Shown here piece after piece: positions 48,347 to 58,697 of a DNA stretch of 64,000 nucleotides. Location of the stretch: assembly GCA_964482695.1 (NCBI GenBank), contig CAYZYP010000002.1:46962-110961 (forward strand). The letters are read 5' to 3'. The notes beneath the pieces are model-generated. The model was not told where the DNA came from and ran no database searches. It saw only the letters and a program-made list of their open reading frames with translations. Position 1 is the stretch's first letter. The number at the start of each line of letters is the position of its first letter. The stretch comes from an uncultured Gammaproteobacteria bacterium. GTDB lineage: Bacteria > Patescibacteriota > Patescibacteriia > Magasanikbacterales > GWA2-37-8. The translations under genes and the position numbers were made by a program.

Positions 48347-50317
48347 ATGGCAAGCAATAAAGGTCTATTTGAAATTCAAAAAGAAGATATCTCTGACAGT
48401 GATTTAAACGGTAAATATAATCTAACTTGGGTAGAGGAGTCTTTTACCATATCAGATAATAATAAAAAACAAAAAATCGGTAATAGTTACTTAGGTACTA
48501 GTATTAAAAAGAAAAAAATTGTTATTTTAGCTTTTTTTATTTTTATTTGCGTAATGATAATTTTGGGAAGACTGATATATTTACAAATTATTAAAGGAAA
48601 TTTTTATTATACTTTAGCAGAAAATAATCGCATCCGTTTAAATCCCATTGCGGCTGAAAGAGGAATTATTTATGACCGTAACCATAAAAGTTTGTTACAA
48701 AACGTACCAAATTTTTCTTTAAATCTGATACCGCAAAATCTACCAACCGATGAAAACAAAAGACAAGAAATTATCAAACAAGTAGTGGCCGCCGGTAATA
48801 TAGAAGAAAAACAGATCTACGAATTATTAAACAAATACGGTTCGTACAGTTACGCTTCGTTAATATTAAAAGAAAACCTTGATTACGACTCTGCTCTTAA
48901 GCTATATATCAAAAACGCTGAATTACCAGGAATAACTATTTCCAAAGGTAGTAAAAGAAAATATTTAATAAGCAACAACGGAACAAGCACTTTAAGTTTG
49001 TCGCATATTTTAGGTTATGTTAGTAAACTCAATGAACAAGAATACGCTGATTTAAAAAATAACGGTTATTTATTGTTTGACAATATTGGTAAAACTGGTT
49101 TAGAAAAAATATATGAAAAAGAATTGCGTGGAATATATGGCCAACAAAAAATAGAAGTAGACGCTAAAGGTAGAGAAACAAATATATTAGCCGAGGATAG
49201 CCCCATACCAGGAAATAATTTAATTTTAAGTTTAGATTTAGAAGCGCAAACAAAAATGGAACAGTTGATAAAAGAAGCTCTGAATAAAAAAAATAAACAA
49301 CGAGCCGCGGCCATAGCTTTAAACCCGCAAGATGGTTCTATCTTAGCTCTTGTTTCTTGGCCTGCTTTTGACAACAATGATTTTGCCGGTGGTATTGAAC
49401 AAAAAAAATATGAGGATTATTTAAATGATATAGACAACCCTTTATTTAACCGTGCAATTAGCGGTACTTACCCTTCTGGATCCACTATTAAATTAATTTT
49501 AGTAGCTGCTGCTTTGCAAGAAAAAATAATAACACCACAAACTGTTTTTCTTAGTGTCGGCGGTTTAAGTGTGGGGACATGGTTTTTTAAAGATTGGCAA
49601 GCTGGCGGCCACGGTATTACTAACGCGACCAAAGCAATAGCCTGGTCGGTAAACACCTTTTTTTATTATATTGGCGGCGGCTATGAAAATTTTGTCGGCT
49701 TGGGTGTAGATAAAATAAGCCAATACATGCGCTATTTTAATTTAGCTAAAAAAACCGGCATTGATTTACCAGGAGAAGAAACTGGGTTTATACCTAGTAA
49801 AACTTGGAAAGAAAATGTTAAAAAAGAACAATGGTACGTAGGTGATACTTATAATCTTTCTATCGGCCAAGGCGATCTTTTGGTAACCCCTTTGCAAGTA
49901 GCAGCTTGGACATCAACAATCGCTAATAATGGAAAAAATATTCAACCCCATTTGGTGGAAAAAATTGAAAATTCTCTTAATTTAAAAACAACAAAAATTA
50001 AATACAACGAAACAACTGTCCCTATAGACTATAAAAATATTTTTGTTGTCCAACAAGGAATGCGGGAATGCGTCACTGGTGGCAGTTGTCAACAATTACA
50101 ATATTTACCTTTTGCCAGCGCTGGCAAAACAGGTACGGCGCAGTGGAATAACAATAATAAACAAAATCATGCTTGGTTTACTGCTTTTGCCCCTTTTAAT
50201 AATCCGCAAATAGTAGTAACTGTTCTAGTAGAAGAAGGAGAAGAGGGGGCTAGCGTCGCCATGCCTGTTGCTTATGAATTTCTAAAATGGTGGGGAGAAA
50301 AATATAAAATTAAATAA
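48347..50317 (+). CDS. mrdA: Penicillin-binding protein 2
   Basis: RGIIYDRN, GKTGLEK, PSGSTIK, SVN, GKTGTAQ. Confidence 0.95.
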   Translation: MASNKGLFEIQKEDISDSDLNGKYNLTWVEESFTISDNNKKQKIGNSYLGTSIKKKKIVILAFFIFICVMIILGRLIYLQIIKGNFYYTLAENNRIRLNPIAAERGIIYDRNHKSLLQNVPNFSLNLIPQNLPTDENKRQEIIKQVVAAGNIEEKQIYELLNKYGSYSYASLILKENLDYDSALKLYIKNAELPGITISKGSKRKYLISNNGTSTLSLSHILGYVSKLNEQEYADLKNNGYLLFDNIGKTGLEKIYEKELRGIYGQQKIEVDAKGRETNILAEDSPIPGNNLILSLDLEAQTKMEQLIKEALNKKNKQRAAAIALNPQDGSILALVSWPAFDNNDFAGGIEQKKYEDYLNDIDNPLFNRAISGTYPSGSTIKLILVAAALQEKIITPQTVFLSVGGLSVGTWFFKDWQAGGHGITNATKAIAWSVNTFFYYIGGGYENFVGLGVDKISQYMRYFNLAKKTGIDLPGEETGFIPSKTWKENVKKEQWYVGDTYNLSIGQGDLLVTPLQVAAWTSTIANNGKNIQPHLVEKIENSLNLKTTKIKYNETTVPIDYKNIFVVQQGMRECVTGGSCQQLQYLPFASAGKTGTAQWNNNNKQNHAWFTAFAPFNNPQIVVTVLVEEGEEGASVAMPVAYEFLKWWGEKYKIK

Positions 50318-50345
50318 TTGACATTTAAAAAAACCATGGTATACT
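50318..50345 (+). promoter_or_regulatory. greA promoter
   Basis: TTGACA-16bp(TGG)-TATACT. Confidence 0.6.
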
Positions 50346-50443
50346 AATTGGCATAAGAAAAGAAAAAAACTAGAAAATTATTTGTGGCTAATATCTGTTA
50401 AATTTTTTTGGATATCTTTTTTATATTATTAATATTTATTTTT

Positions 50444-50917
50444 ATGTCCGATGACAAAGTACAGTATCTTACTCCCAATGGCTATGAAAAAATCAAAGCT
50501 GAATACGACGAGCTGAAAAACAATAAAATACCAGAAATCGCCAACAAAATAGATGAGGCCAAACAACAAGGCGATTTGTCAGAAAACGCGGAATATCATC
50601 AAGCCAAAGAAGAAATGGCTTGGGCTCAGGGCAGATTAATAGAATTAGACTATATTTTAAATAACGCGCAAGTCTTTAAAACCTCAAATAATAACAAAAA
50701 CGCGGTCGTCGTGGGTTGTACTGTCAAATTTAAGAACAAAAATAAGCAAATTAAAGAATATACTATAGTTGGTCCACAAGAAGCGGACCCAATCAAAGGT
50801 AGAATTTCAAATGAATCACCGTTGGGCGAATCATTTCTCGGACAAAAAGTAGGTGACGTAATAAAGGTAAATACCCCGCTCGGAGAACAAATTTACGAAA
50901 TTTTAGAAATAAATTAA
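50444..50917 (+). CDS. greA: Transcription elongation factor GreA
   Basis: GDLSENAEY, ISNESPLG. Confidence 0.97.
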   Translation: MSDDKVQYLTPNGYEKIKAEYDELKNNKIPEIANKIDEAKQQGDLSENAEYHQAKEEMAWAQGRLIELDYILNNAQVFKTSNNNKNAVVVGCTVKFKNKNKQIKEYTIVGPQEADPIKGRISNESPLGESFLGQKVGDVIKVNTPLGEQIYEILEIN

Positions 50918-50964
50918 TTTAACAAACTACGTGCTAGCCCCCATAATTTACTTTATGGGGGTTT

Positions 50965-50993
50965 TTGACGAAAGAGACAAATTAGGCTATAAT
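50965..50993 (+). promoter_or_regulatory. lysS promoter overlapping the greA terminator (50938-50964)
   Basis: TTGACG-17bp-TATAAT; CCCCCATAA/TTATGGGGG hairpin just upstream. Confidence 0.7.
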
Positions 50994-51083
50994 TGCATAT
51001 GATAATCGAAAATAAAGAACGATAAACCCTAACTAGGCAATTTTTTGGGGTTAACACCATTTATAATTAATAATAAAATTTTT

Positions 51084-52538
51084 ATGACAACCCTAGATGA
51101 AGAACAGGTGCGACAAGAAAAAATTAAAAATTTTTTGTCAGCAGGCATATATCCTTACCCAGCGAAAAGCAATCGCTTACAAACTACTGCCGAAGCTTTA
51201 AAAATAGGCGAAAATCAGTCTGTTGTTTTAGTTGGCCGGCTAATATCAAAAAGAGAGATGGGGAAACTTTGTTTTAGTCATCTTAAAGATCAATTTGGAA
51301 AAATACAGTTAGCTTTTTCAGAAAAAGAATTAGGTAAAGACAAATTTAAATTTTTTATCAAAAATTTTGATGTCGGTGATTTCGTTCAAGTCAGCGGAAA
51401 TATCTTTGTAACTCATAAAGGCGAGACCTCTGTTTTGACAAAAGAATATAATATCTTAACAAAAACGTGTTTGCCATTACCAGAAAAATTTCATGGCTTG
51501 TCTGACATAGAAATCCGTTACCGCCAACGTTATTTGGATTTATTAGCTAACGAGGAAAGCCTTAAAATAGCCTACTTGCGCAGTAATTTAATCAAAGAAA
51601 TCAGAAAATATTTTGATTGCAAAAATTTTTATGAAGTAGAAACACCGATATTACAAACCCTATATGGGGGCGCTTTAGCCAAGCCTTTTGTTACCCATCA
51701 CAATGCTTTGGATATCACATTATACCTACGTATCGCCCCAGAATTATATTTAAAACGTTTAATAGTTGGCGGCTTTGAAAAAGTTTATGAAATTGCTCGT
51801 TGTTTTAGAAATGAAGGAATAGACAATAATCATAACCCCGAATTTACCCAAATTGAATTTTATTGGGCATACGCTAATTACAACGATTTAATGAATTTCG
51901 TAGAAGACTTTTTACCAGCTATTATCAAAGCCGTTGATTTACCTCTTAAATTTAAAGTTGGCGACAAAGAAGTTGATTTTACGCCACCTTACCCACGCAT
52001 AACAATGCGTGAGATAATTAAAAAATACGCCAAAATAGACATAGAAGATTTTCCTGATCAGGAATCTATCTACCAAAAAGCACTCGGGCTTCATATCGAA
52101 GGTGTTCTAAAAAATGATGGTCGGGGGAAAATAATTGATGAAATTTACAAAACTTACGCTCGTCCGCATATTGTTAATCCAATTTTCATGATCGATCATC
52201 CAGTAGAACTTTCGCCACTTGCCAAACAAAGGCAGGACGACCCTCGATACGTAGAACGAGTGCAATTGTTATGTGTTGGTGGCAACGAACTATGTAATGG
52301 TTTTTCAGAATTAAACGATCCTATTGAGCAAGAAAATCGTTTTAAAGAACAAGAAAGGTTGCAAGAAGCTGGCGACGATGAAAGCATGCCGTATGATGAA
52401 GATTTTGTTACTGCTTTAAAGCATGGAATGCCACCAACCGCTGGATTGGGTATGGGTATAGATAGGCTAGTAAAATTGCTAACAGATTCAGAAAATTTAA
52501 AAGAAGTTATTTTATTTCCAACATTAAAACCAAATTGA
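51084..52538 (+). CDS. lysS: Lysine--tRNA ligase (class II)
   Basis: RYRQRYLDL, YLRIAPELYLKRL, FRNEG, HNPEFT, GMPPTAGLGMGIDR. Confidence 0.98.
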   Translation: MTTLDEEQVRQEKIKNFLSAGIYPYPAKSNRLQTTAEALKIGENQSVVLVGRLISKREMGKLCFSHLKDQFGKIQLAFSEKELGKDKFKFFIKNFDVGDFVQVSGNIFVTHKGETSVLTKEYNILTKTCLPLPEKFHGLSDIEIRYRQRYLDLLANEESLKIAYLRSNLIKEIRKYFDCKNFYEVETPILQTLYGGALAKPFVTHHNALDITLYLRIAPELYLKRLIVGGFEKVYEIARCFRNEGIDNNHNPEFTQIEFYWAYANYNDLMNFVEDFLPAIIKAVDLPLKFKVGDKEVDFTPPYPRITMREIIKKYAKIDIEDFPDQESIYQKALGLHIEGVLKNDGRGKIIDEIYKTYARPHIVNPIFMIDHPVELSPLAKQRQDDPRYVERVQLLCVGGNELCNGFSELNDPIEQENRFKEQERLQEAGDDESMPYDEDFVTALKHGMPPTAGLGMGIDRLVKLLTDSENLKEVILFPTLKPN

Positions 52539-52541
52539 TAC

Positions 52542-52937
52542 ATGAAGAAAGTAATTGTTTTCGGGACATTTGATATTTTACACCCCGGCCATATCCACAT
52601 GTTAAAAGAAGCTAGGGAGTATGGTGATTTTTTGATAGTTGTAGTAGCGCGCGACGACATAGTTTGTGAAATTAAAGGTAAGAAACCAACAAACAACGAG
52701 GATAAACGATTTGAAAATATACAAAAAACTAATCTCGCGGATAAGGTCAGGCTAGGCTGTCTAGATGATAAATATAAAGCGATCGCCGAAGAAAAACCAA
52801 ATGTTATAGCTTTGGGTTACGACCAAAGGGCTTTTGTTGACAAACTCAGCGAGGTTGTTGAAGATGAAGTACAGATAGTAAAGCTAAGTCCATACCTGCC
52901 AGAAAAATATAAAAGTTCTAAATTAAACCAATCTTAG
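52542..52937 (+). CDS. Cytidylyltransferase-family nucleotidyltransferase (RibL-like FAD synthase)
   Basis: GTFDILHPGH, VVARD, LGYDQ, YKSSKL. Confidence 0.85.
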   Translation: MKKVIVFGTFDILHPGHIHMLKEAREYGDFLIVVVARDDIVCEIKGKKPTNNEDKRFENIQKTNLADKVRLGCLDDKYKAIAEEKPNVIALGYDQRAFVDKLSEVVEDEVQIVKLSPYLPEKYKSSKLNQS

Positions 52938-52950
52938 GTCTGTAAAATTT

Positions 52951-53976
52951 ATGAAAAAAATTCTGATCGCCACGACTAACCTAGGAAAATTTCAAGAAAT
53001 AGCCAGCGAACTGTCTGATTTACCTTTTACTTTTTTATCATTAAACGAGCTTGATAAAAAAATTGCTACTCCACCAGAAGACGAGCCTACTATAGAAGGT
53101 AATGCTGTTTTAAAAGCTAAATATTACGGTAAAAAAACAGGTCTTTTAACTATTGCTGATGATGGTGGTCTTTTTATTAAGGCGCTAAACAATTGGCCAG
53201 GAGTAATTACAGCTCGCGTAGCTAAAAATGATACTGAAAGAAAAAAAATAGTTCTTAAAAAAATGAAAATGAAAAAAAATAGAACCGCGATTTTTAAAGC
53301 AGTTTTGGCAGCTTACGACCCACAAAACGATAACCTATTTATTGCCAGCGGAGAAACTAAAGGAACTATTTTAACAAAATCAGTTAAAAAAATAAAAACC
53401 GGCTTTGCTTATGATCCTATCTTTTACGTAACTAGCGCTAAAAAAGCTTATGCCGAAATGACACTACCAGAAAAAAATAAATTAAGTCATCGTGGTAAAG
53501 CTTTGATAAAAATCAAACTTTTTTTAATAAAACAACACAGTTTTAGACAATTATTGGTTTCCATTGCTATTATTGTAAAAGATAGAAAAATGCTTATGAC
53601 TTTACGGCGTGATCATAGACCAGAGTTTGATAAAAAATGGGAATTTCCTGGCGGGGGAGTAGATAATGGCGAAAATTTAGAACAAGCTTTAAGAAGAGAG
53701 GTAAGAGAAGAAACTGGCTATAATATAAAAATTTTAGAAAAGCTCCCGGACCCCTGGACCGCTATAAGTAAAAAGGGGGATTACCAGGTTTTTGTGTTTA
53801 TTTATATTTGCAAAGTAACGAGTGGTAAATTTAAAACTTCTGACACAGAAACTATCGACCATGGATGGTTCACTGTTTCACAAGCCCTTAAAAAAAATCT
53901 AATGCCCTTGAACAAAAAAAGTATTCAAAGCAAAGATACAATGAAAATTTTAAAAAAATACATTAAACATAAATAA
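52951..53976 (+). CDS. RdgB/HAM1 non-canonical NTP pyrophosphatase fused to a NUDIX domain
   Basis: ATTNLGK, ADDGGL, GFAYDPIF, KNKLSHRGKA; WEFPGGG..GE..EQALRREVREETG. Confidence 0.9.
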   Translation: MKKILIATTNLGKFQEIASELSDLPFTFLSLNELDKKIATPPEDEPTIEGNAVLKAKYYGKKTGLLTIADDGGLFIKALNNWPGVITARVAKNDTERKKIVLKKMKMKKNRTAIFKAVLAAYDPQNDNLFIASGETKGTILTKSVKKIKTGFAYDPIFYVTSAKKAYAEMTLPEKNKLSHRGKALIKIKLFLIKQHSFRQLLVSIAIIVKDRKMLMTLRRDHRPEFDKKWEFPGGGVDNGENLEQALRREVREETGYNIKILEKLPDPWTAISKKGDYQVFVFIYICKVTSGKFKTSDTETIDHGWFTVSQALKKNLMPLNKKSIQSKDTMKILKKYIKHK

Positions 53977-53985
53977 CTAAATTAT

Positions 53986-55245
53986 ATGCTTGATATTAAA
54001 TTTATTAGAGAAAATAAAGACGCCGTATTACTAAATTGTAAAAATAGGAAAATCAAGGTGGATTTGGATACTCTTTTGGAAGCAGACGACGAACGAAAAA
54101 AATTAGTCCAAAAAATAGACGACTTACGGGCCGCACGCAAACAAAAATCAAAACAAAAACCTAACGAAGATGATATTAAGCTGGTAAGAAAATTAGGAGA
54201 TGAAATTCAACAATTAGAAAAATTGCTTTTAAAAAAAGAAGATGAGGTAAAGGAATTGTTATACCAAGTGCCAAACATGACTCATCCAGAAAGCCCGATT
54301 GGGGATGAAGAAAATTTTAAAACGATTTACACCAATAAAGAATCAACCCTATTTTCCTTTGTTCCAAAAGACCACGAACAATTAATGACAGCACTTGATT
54401 TGATAGACTTTGAGCGCGGAGCAAAAGTAGCGGGAGCAAAATTTTACTTTTTTAAAAACCAGATGGTAAGGCTTAATCAGGCATTAATCAACTACGGTTT
54501 AGATATTGCCGCTAAATACGATTATAAATTAATGGAAACGCCCGATTTAGCCAATCAAACCACCATGAGTGGCAGTGGCTTTAACCCGCGTGGTGAAGAA
54601 AAACAAACATATGAAATTAAAAGTGACAACCTTGATTTAATCGGCACGGCTGAAATAAATATTTTAGGCTATCACGCTGACGAAATTTTGGACTTTAAAA
54701 ATGGCGCGAAAAAATATGTTGCTTTATCTCATTGTTTTCGCAAAGAAGCTGGTGCCTATGGTAAAGCCAGTAAAGGCCTATATCGAGTCCATCAATTTAC
54801 TAAACTGGAAATGTTTATCTTTTGTCGGCCAGAAGAAAGCGAAAAATTTCATCAGGAATTGTTAGCTATTGAAAAAGAAATAGCTGATGGTTTAGGCTTC
54901 CCATACAAGGTAATTGATATTGCTACTGGTGATTTAGGCGGACCTGCGTACAGAAAATATGATTTGGAGGCATATATGACTATGAAAGGAGATGAAAAAA
55001 AACAAGGTGATTACGGAGAAATTACTAGTGCCAGTAACTGTACCGACTATCAGGCACGACGACTAAATATAAAATACAAAGACGAACAACAGAACACAAA
55101 ATTTGTTCATACCTTAAATGGCACAGCTATAGTTTTGAGCCGTTTCCCAATAGCAATTATAGAAAACAATCAACAGGCTGATGGTAGTATTCTGGTGCCG
55201 GAAGTTTTACAAAAATACTGCGGATTTGATGTAATAAAAAAATAA
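53986..55245 (+). CDS. serS: Serine--tRNA ligase
   Basis: MLDIKFIREN, GTAE, FRKEAG, GLYRVHQF, EITSASNC, HTLNGT. Confidence 0.98.
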   Translation: MLDIKFIRENKDAVLLNCKNRKIKVDLDTLLEADDERKKLVQKIDDLRAARKQKSKQKPNEDDIKLVRKLGDEIQQLEKLLLKKEDEVKELLYQVPNMTHPESPIGDEENFKTIYTNKESTLFSFVPKDHEQLMTALDLIDFERGAKVAGAKFYFFKNQMVRLNQALINYGLDIAAKYDYKLMETPDLANQTTMSGSGFNPRGEEKQTYEIKSDNLDLIGTAEINILGYHADEILDFKNGAKKYVALSHCFRKEAGAYGKASKGLYRVHQFTKLEMFIFCRPEESEKFHQELLAIEKEIADGLGFPYKVIDIATGDLGGPAYRKYDLEAYMTMKGDEKKQGDYGEITSASNCTDYQARRLNIKYKDEQQNTKFVHTLNGTAIVLSRFPIAIIENNQQADGSILVPEVLQKYCGFDVIKK

Positions 55246-55287
55246 ATATAAATTTTTCACTTAATAGCTTATTTACTATTAATTTTT

Positions 55288-56409
55288 ATGTTAACTTGGC
55301 TAGAAATCTCCAAGCAAGCTATAGAACACAACATCAAACAATTCCGGAAATTAGTTGGCGCTAACGTTCTTCTAATGCCGGTCATAAAGTCCAACGCCTA
55401 TGGGCATGGATTTTTTGAAATTGCCAAAATTTGTAATAAAAATAAAGAAGTAGACCGAATTTGCGTAGTCTGTGATGATGAAGCGAACCAACTTTTTTCT
55501 CTTAAAGAAAATTTGAAAAAACCAGTGTTAATTTTAAGTTTCTACGAATTAAATGAAAATAAAATATTAAAGTTAGCCAAAAATAACGTAATTTTTCCTC
55601 TTTATAACGAAAAACAGCTAAATTTTTTAAATCAGGTGGGGGAGATGTTGGGAAAAAAAATAAAAGTTCATCTTAAAATTGATATTGGCACTTCTCGGAT
55701 AGGCGTTTTGCCAAAAAATATTTTAAACTTCACCAGTAAAATATATAAAAATAAATTTATTGAGGTCGAAGGAATATTCGGCCATTTTGCTTCCATAGAA
55801 GAGAATGGGGGAGCGTATACAAAAATTCAATTAAAACTATTTAATGACATTGTTCAAAAAATAGAATCGACCGGAATTAAAATTAAATATAAACACACTA
55901 CTTGTTCCGCGGCCATGATATTGTTTAAAAATAGCTATTTTAACACCGTTAGATTTGGACTTAGCCTATACGGGCTTCACCCTTCTTCTAAAACTATCAA
56001 AAAAATCAATCTCCAGCCAGCTTTATCATGGTTTACTACTATTATTCACCTAAAAACAGTGCCCAAGGGCACAAAAGTAGGCTATGGTTGCACTTATACA
56101 ACTAAAAAGCAAACCAAAATTGCCACCCTGCCGATTGGTTACTGGGATGGGTACGATCGTGGATTTTCTAACAATGCTCATGTGATTATAAACGGCCTTA
56201 AATGTCCTATAATAGGTCGTATAAGCATGAATTTAACAACAGTTGATGTTTCTAGTGTTAATAATATAGAAATAGGCGACAGGGTAATTTTAATTGGCCA
56301 AAGTAAAAAAAATCAAATTACCGCCGATGAACTGGCAAAAAATATCAATACCATAAATTACGAAATAACAACCAGAATCAATCCTCTTTTACCAAGATTG
56401 GTAATATGA
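55288..56409 (+). CDS. alr: Alanine racemase
   Basis: VIKSNAYGHG, HLKIDIG, GYWDG, GRISM, TINYE. Confidence 0.96.
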   Translation: MLTWLEISKQAIEHNIKQFRKLVGANVLLMPVIKSNAYGHGFFEIAKICNKNKEVDRICVVCDDEANQLFSLKENLKKPVLILSFYELNENKILKLAKNNVIFPLYNEKQLNFLNQVGEMLGKKIKVHLKIDIGTSRIGVLPKNILNFTSKIYKNKFIEVEGIFGHFASIEENGGAYTKIQLKLFNDIVQKIESTGIKIKYKHTTCSAAMILFKNSYFNTVRFGLSLYGLHPSSKTIKKINLQPALSWFTTIIHLKTVPKGTKVGYGCTYTTKKQTKIATLPIGYWDGYDRGFSNNAHVIINGLKCPIIGRISMNLTTVDVSSVNNIEIGDRVILIGQSKKNQITADELAKNINTINYEITTRINPLLPRLVI

Positions 56410-56416
56410 TTTCTTT

Positions 56417-57472
56417 ATGCGCCGTTTTCAATCCACTAATGCTTTTAATAAATACCGCCCTTACCAAAATCCATGGCAACGTTTTTGCAATTTTTGGAAA
56501 AAAAGAAAAAACAAAAAAATTCCCGTTGTCAGAATAATAGAAACTAACAAATTTGGCGGTAATCCGTATAAAAAAAAGGAGGATACAAAAAGAAGACTTA
56601 GTATTGGCGGAAAGATATTTTTTTTATGTGCTATCACTACTGCTTGGTTAGGGCTTTTAATGTATCTACCTTATTTCCAAATCAAACAAATTAAATACAC
56701 TGGCTTAGAAAATATTTCCAAAAATGAATTAGACTCCTATTTAAATGATAATTTTTTTAAATATAGCCGTGTTATACCTTGGAAAAACTACTTTTTAATC
56801 AACAACGATAAAATAGCAAAAAAAATAGAAAATGATTTTCCGGTCTTAAAAATAGAGGTAAAAAAATGTTTCCCCAATAAAATAGAAATAACTTTAATAG
56901 AAAAAATTTCTACGCTTATTTATGATAACGGAAGTAACTATTATTTATTAGATAGTGGGGGAAACGTGATAAAATTTTTAACCAATGTAAGCGCCAGCGA
57001 ATTTAGAATCATTGAAATTGCTGTTTCTAGTACCAAACCAACAACAACTAATTTTGCCGCCAATCTGGCATCTAGTACCACTTCAACCAACAAAATAGTA
57101 ACTTCTTCGTACCACGTGCCAGATTACCAAAAAATTCAAAAACAATTTGGCAAATATCCTTTATTATACGATAAAAGAAATTTAACTATTACCGGCAATC
57201 AATTAAATAATGTTGTGCCAACTATCCATGTAGCTAGTATATTAGATTGGAACAAACAATTGCCAGAAAAGGGGATAGCCCAACCGCTGTATTATGTTTT
57301 AGAAAATATTGGCGCTGGCATAGAAATTGAAACTAATAAACAATGGAATATCTTTTTTCAGCCAAATATTGATTTAACTACTCAGCTGAATCGTTTAAGA
57401 ATAATTTTAAAGGATAATAAACCGTGGCAATACATTGATCTAAGACATGGAGAAAGAGTTTATTGGAAATAA
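56417..57472 (+). CDS. FtsQ/DivIB-like POTRA domain protein
   Basis: Single TM, YFQIKQI..TG, KKCFPNKIEI.LIEK, YIDLRHGERVYWK. Confidence 0.8.
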   Translation: MRRFQSTNAFNKYRPYQNPWQRFCNFWKKRKNKKIPVVRIIETNKFGGNPYKKKEDTKRRLSIGGKIFFLCAITTAWLGLLMYLPYFQIKQIKYTGLENISKNELDSYLNDNFFKYSRVIPWKNYFLINNDKIAKKIENDFPVLKIEVKKCFPNKIEITLIEKISTLIYDNGSNYYLLDSGGNVIKFLTNVSASEFRIIEIAVSSTKPTTTNFAANLASSTTSTNKIVTSSYHVPDYQKIQKQFGKYPLLYDKRNLTITGNQLNNVVPTIHVASILDWNKQLPEKGIAQPLYYVLENIGAGIEIETNKQWNIFFQPNIDLTTQLNRLRIILKDNKPWQYIDLRHGERVYWK

Positions 57473-57524
57473 AAAGGGGATAAGTATATTTGACCTATTT
57501 CATTGATATTATATAATATAGTTA

Positions 57525-57552
57525 ATGTCGTATAAGATAGATTAAGCGACAT
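57525..57552. other. Putative dif-like Xer recombination site (11-6-11)
   Basis: ATGTCGTATAA-GATAGA-TTAAGCGACAT, arms 9/11 inverted, ~150 bp upstream of xer. Confidence 0.65.
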
Positions 57553-57663
57553 AGTATGGTTCTTTTTTATCAAAAAATATACTCTTACTAATAGCTAACC
57601 ATACTGTGTCGCTTAATCTGCCCACGTAAAGCGACATTTTTTAAAATGTCGCTTTACGTGGGC
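57539..57663. repeat. Two adjacent hairpins carrying additional (A/G)TGTCGCTTWA half-sites
   Basis: 23-bp IR 57539-57561/57597-57619; 21-bp IR 57620-57640/57643-57663. Confidence 0.85.
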
Positions 57664-57705
57664 TATGTGAGCTACAATATATCTTTTATCAATGTGGAAA
57701 ATATT

Positions 57706-58665
57706 ATGCACAAATCAAACCAGCCTATTACTTACCATATTCCTAATTTTTTGGATTTTTGTGAAGTGGAAAAGGGTTTGAGTCCAGTTACCACCAAAAA
57801 CTATCATAATTTCTTAAAGGTGTTCATTAACTGGCTAAAAGAGCAAAAAAAATCGCTTTTAAGGCCTCATGAACTCACTCCAGAGCATATCTGGCAGTAC
57901 CGGCTATATTTATCGCGTAAAAACGATTTAAAAGGCAAATACATCAAAAAAACCACTCAAAACTACTATCTAATAGCTTTGCGCAACATGCTAAACTATT
58001 TTGCTGAAAAAGATATCATTTCTTTGCCTTCGGACAAAATTAAATTACCTAAAATAACTGACAAAGATAAAAAAATAAAATTCTTACGTTTTGATCAATT
58101 AGAAAAATTAATGTCTATGCCAGACACTTCTAAGACCGAGGGTTTGCGTGATCGGGCGATTTTAGAAATCCTCTTCTCTACTGGTATGCGAGTTTCCGAA
58201 CTTACGTCGCTTAATATTAGATCATTTAATATTGAAAATTTAGAAAAAAATAATTTTATTGAACAAGAATTAAGTATTAGTGGCAAAGGTGGTTCTACTA
58301 GAACTATCTATTTTTCCGCAAGTGCTTTAAAGTGGTTGGCACAATACCTTAAAACCAGAAAAGACATGAACACTCCTCTATTTATCAACTATAAAAAAGA
58401 CAAAGACGATGATGAACATCGCCTTACTCCGCGCTCTGTTGAACGGATTGTCAGAAAATATGCCGTTATGGCAGGGCTGCCTGTTGATGCCACTCCGCAC
58501 ACACTTCGCCATAGTTTTGCCACTGATTTATTAGAACACGGCGCGGACGTGCGCTCGGTGCAAGAGCTATTGGGACACAAAAACATCGTTACCACGCAAA
58601 TTTATACTCATGTTACCAATCCTCACTTAAAAGATATTCATAAACGATTTCATAGTGGAACATAA
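57706..58665 (+). CDS. Tyrosine recombinase, XerC/XerD family
   Basis: RDRAILEILFSTGMRVSEL, GKGG, TPHTLRHSFAT, VQELLGH, TTQIYTHV; N-terminal SAM-like domain. Confidence 0.95.
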   Translation: MHKSNQPITYHIPNFLDFCEVEKGLSPVTTKNYHNFLKVFINWLKEQKKSLLRPHELTPEHIWQYRLYLSRKNDLKGKYIKKTTQNYYLIALRNMLNYFAEKDIISLPSDKIKLPKITDKDKKIKFLRFDQLEKLMSMPDTSKTEGLRDRAILEILFSTGMRVSELTSLNIRSFNIENLEKNNFIEQELSISGKGGSTRTIYFSASALKWLAQYLKTRKDMNTPLFINYKKDKDDDEHRLTPRSVERIVRKYAVMAGLPVDATPHTLRHSFATDLLEHGADVRSVQELLGHKNIVTTQIYTHVTNPHLKDIHKRFHSGT

Positions 58666-58697
58666 AAATAAACCCCATATATATGGGGTTTATTTTT
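58664..58697. terminator. Bidirectional terminator between xer and ddl
   Basis: AAAAATAAACCCCATATATATGGGGTTTATTTTT perfect palindrome. Confidence 0.8.

Noticed and set aside
57646-58665. Prophage/ICE integrase, and the 57646 start
   Set aside because: Flanked by housekeeping cell-wall genes with no cargo; the upstream ATG lies in a hairpin, so 57706 is the likelier start.
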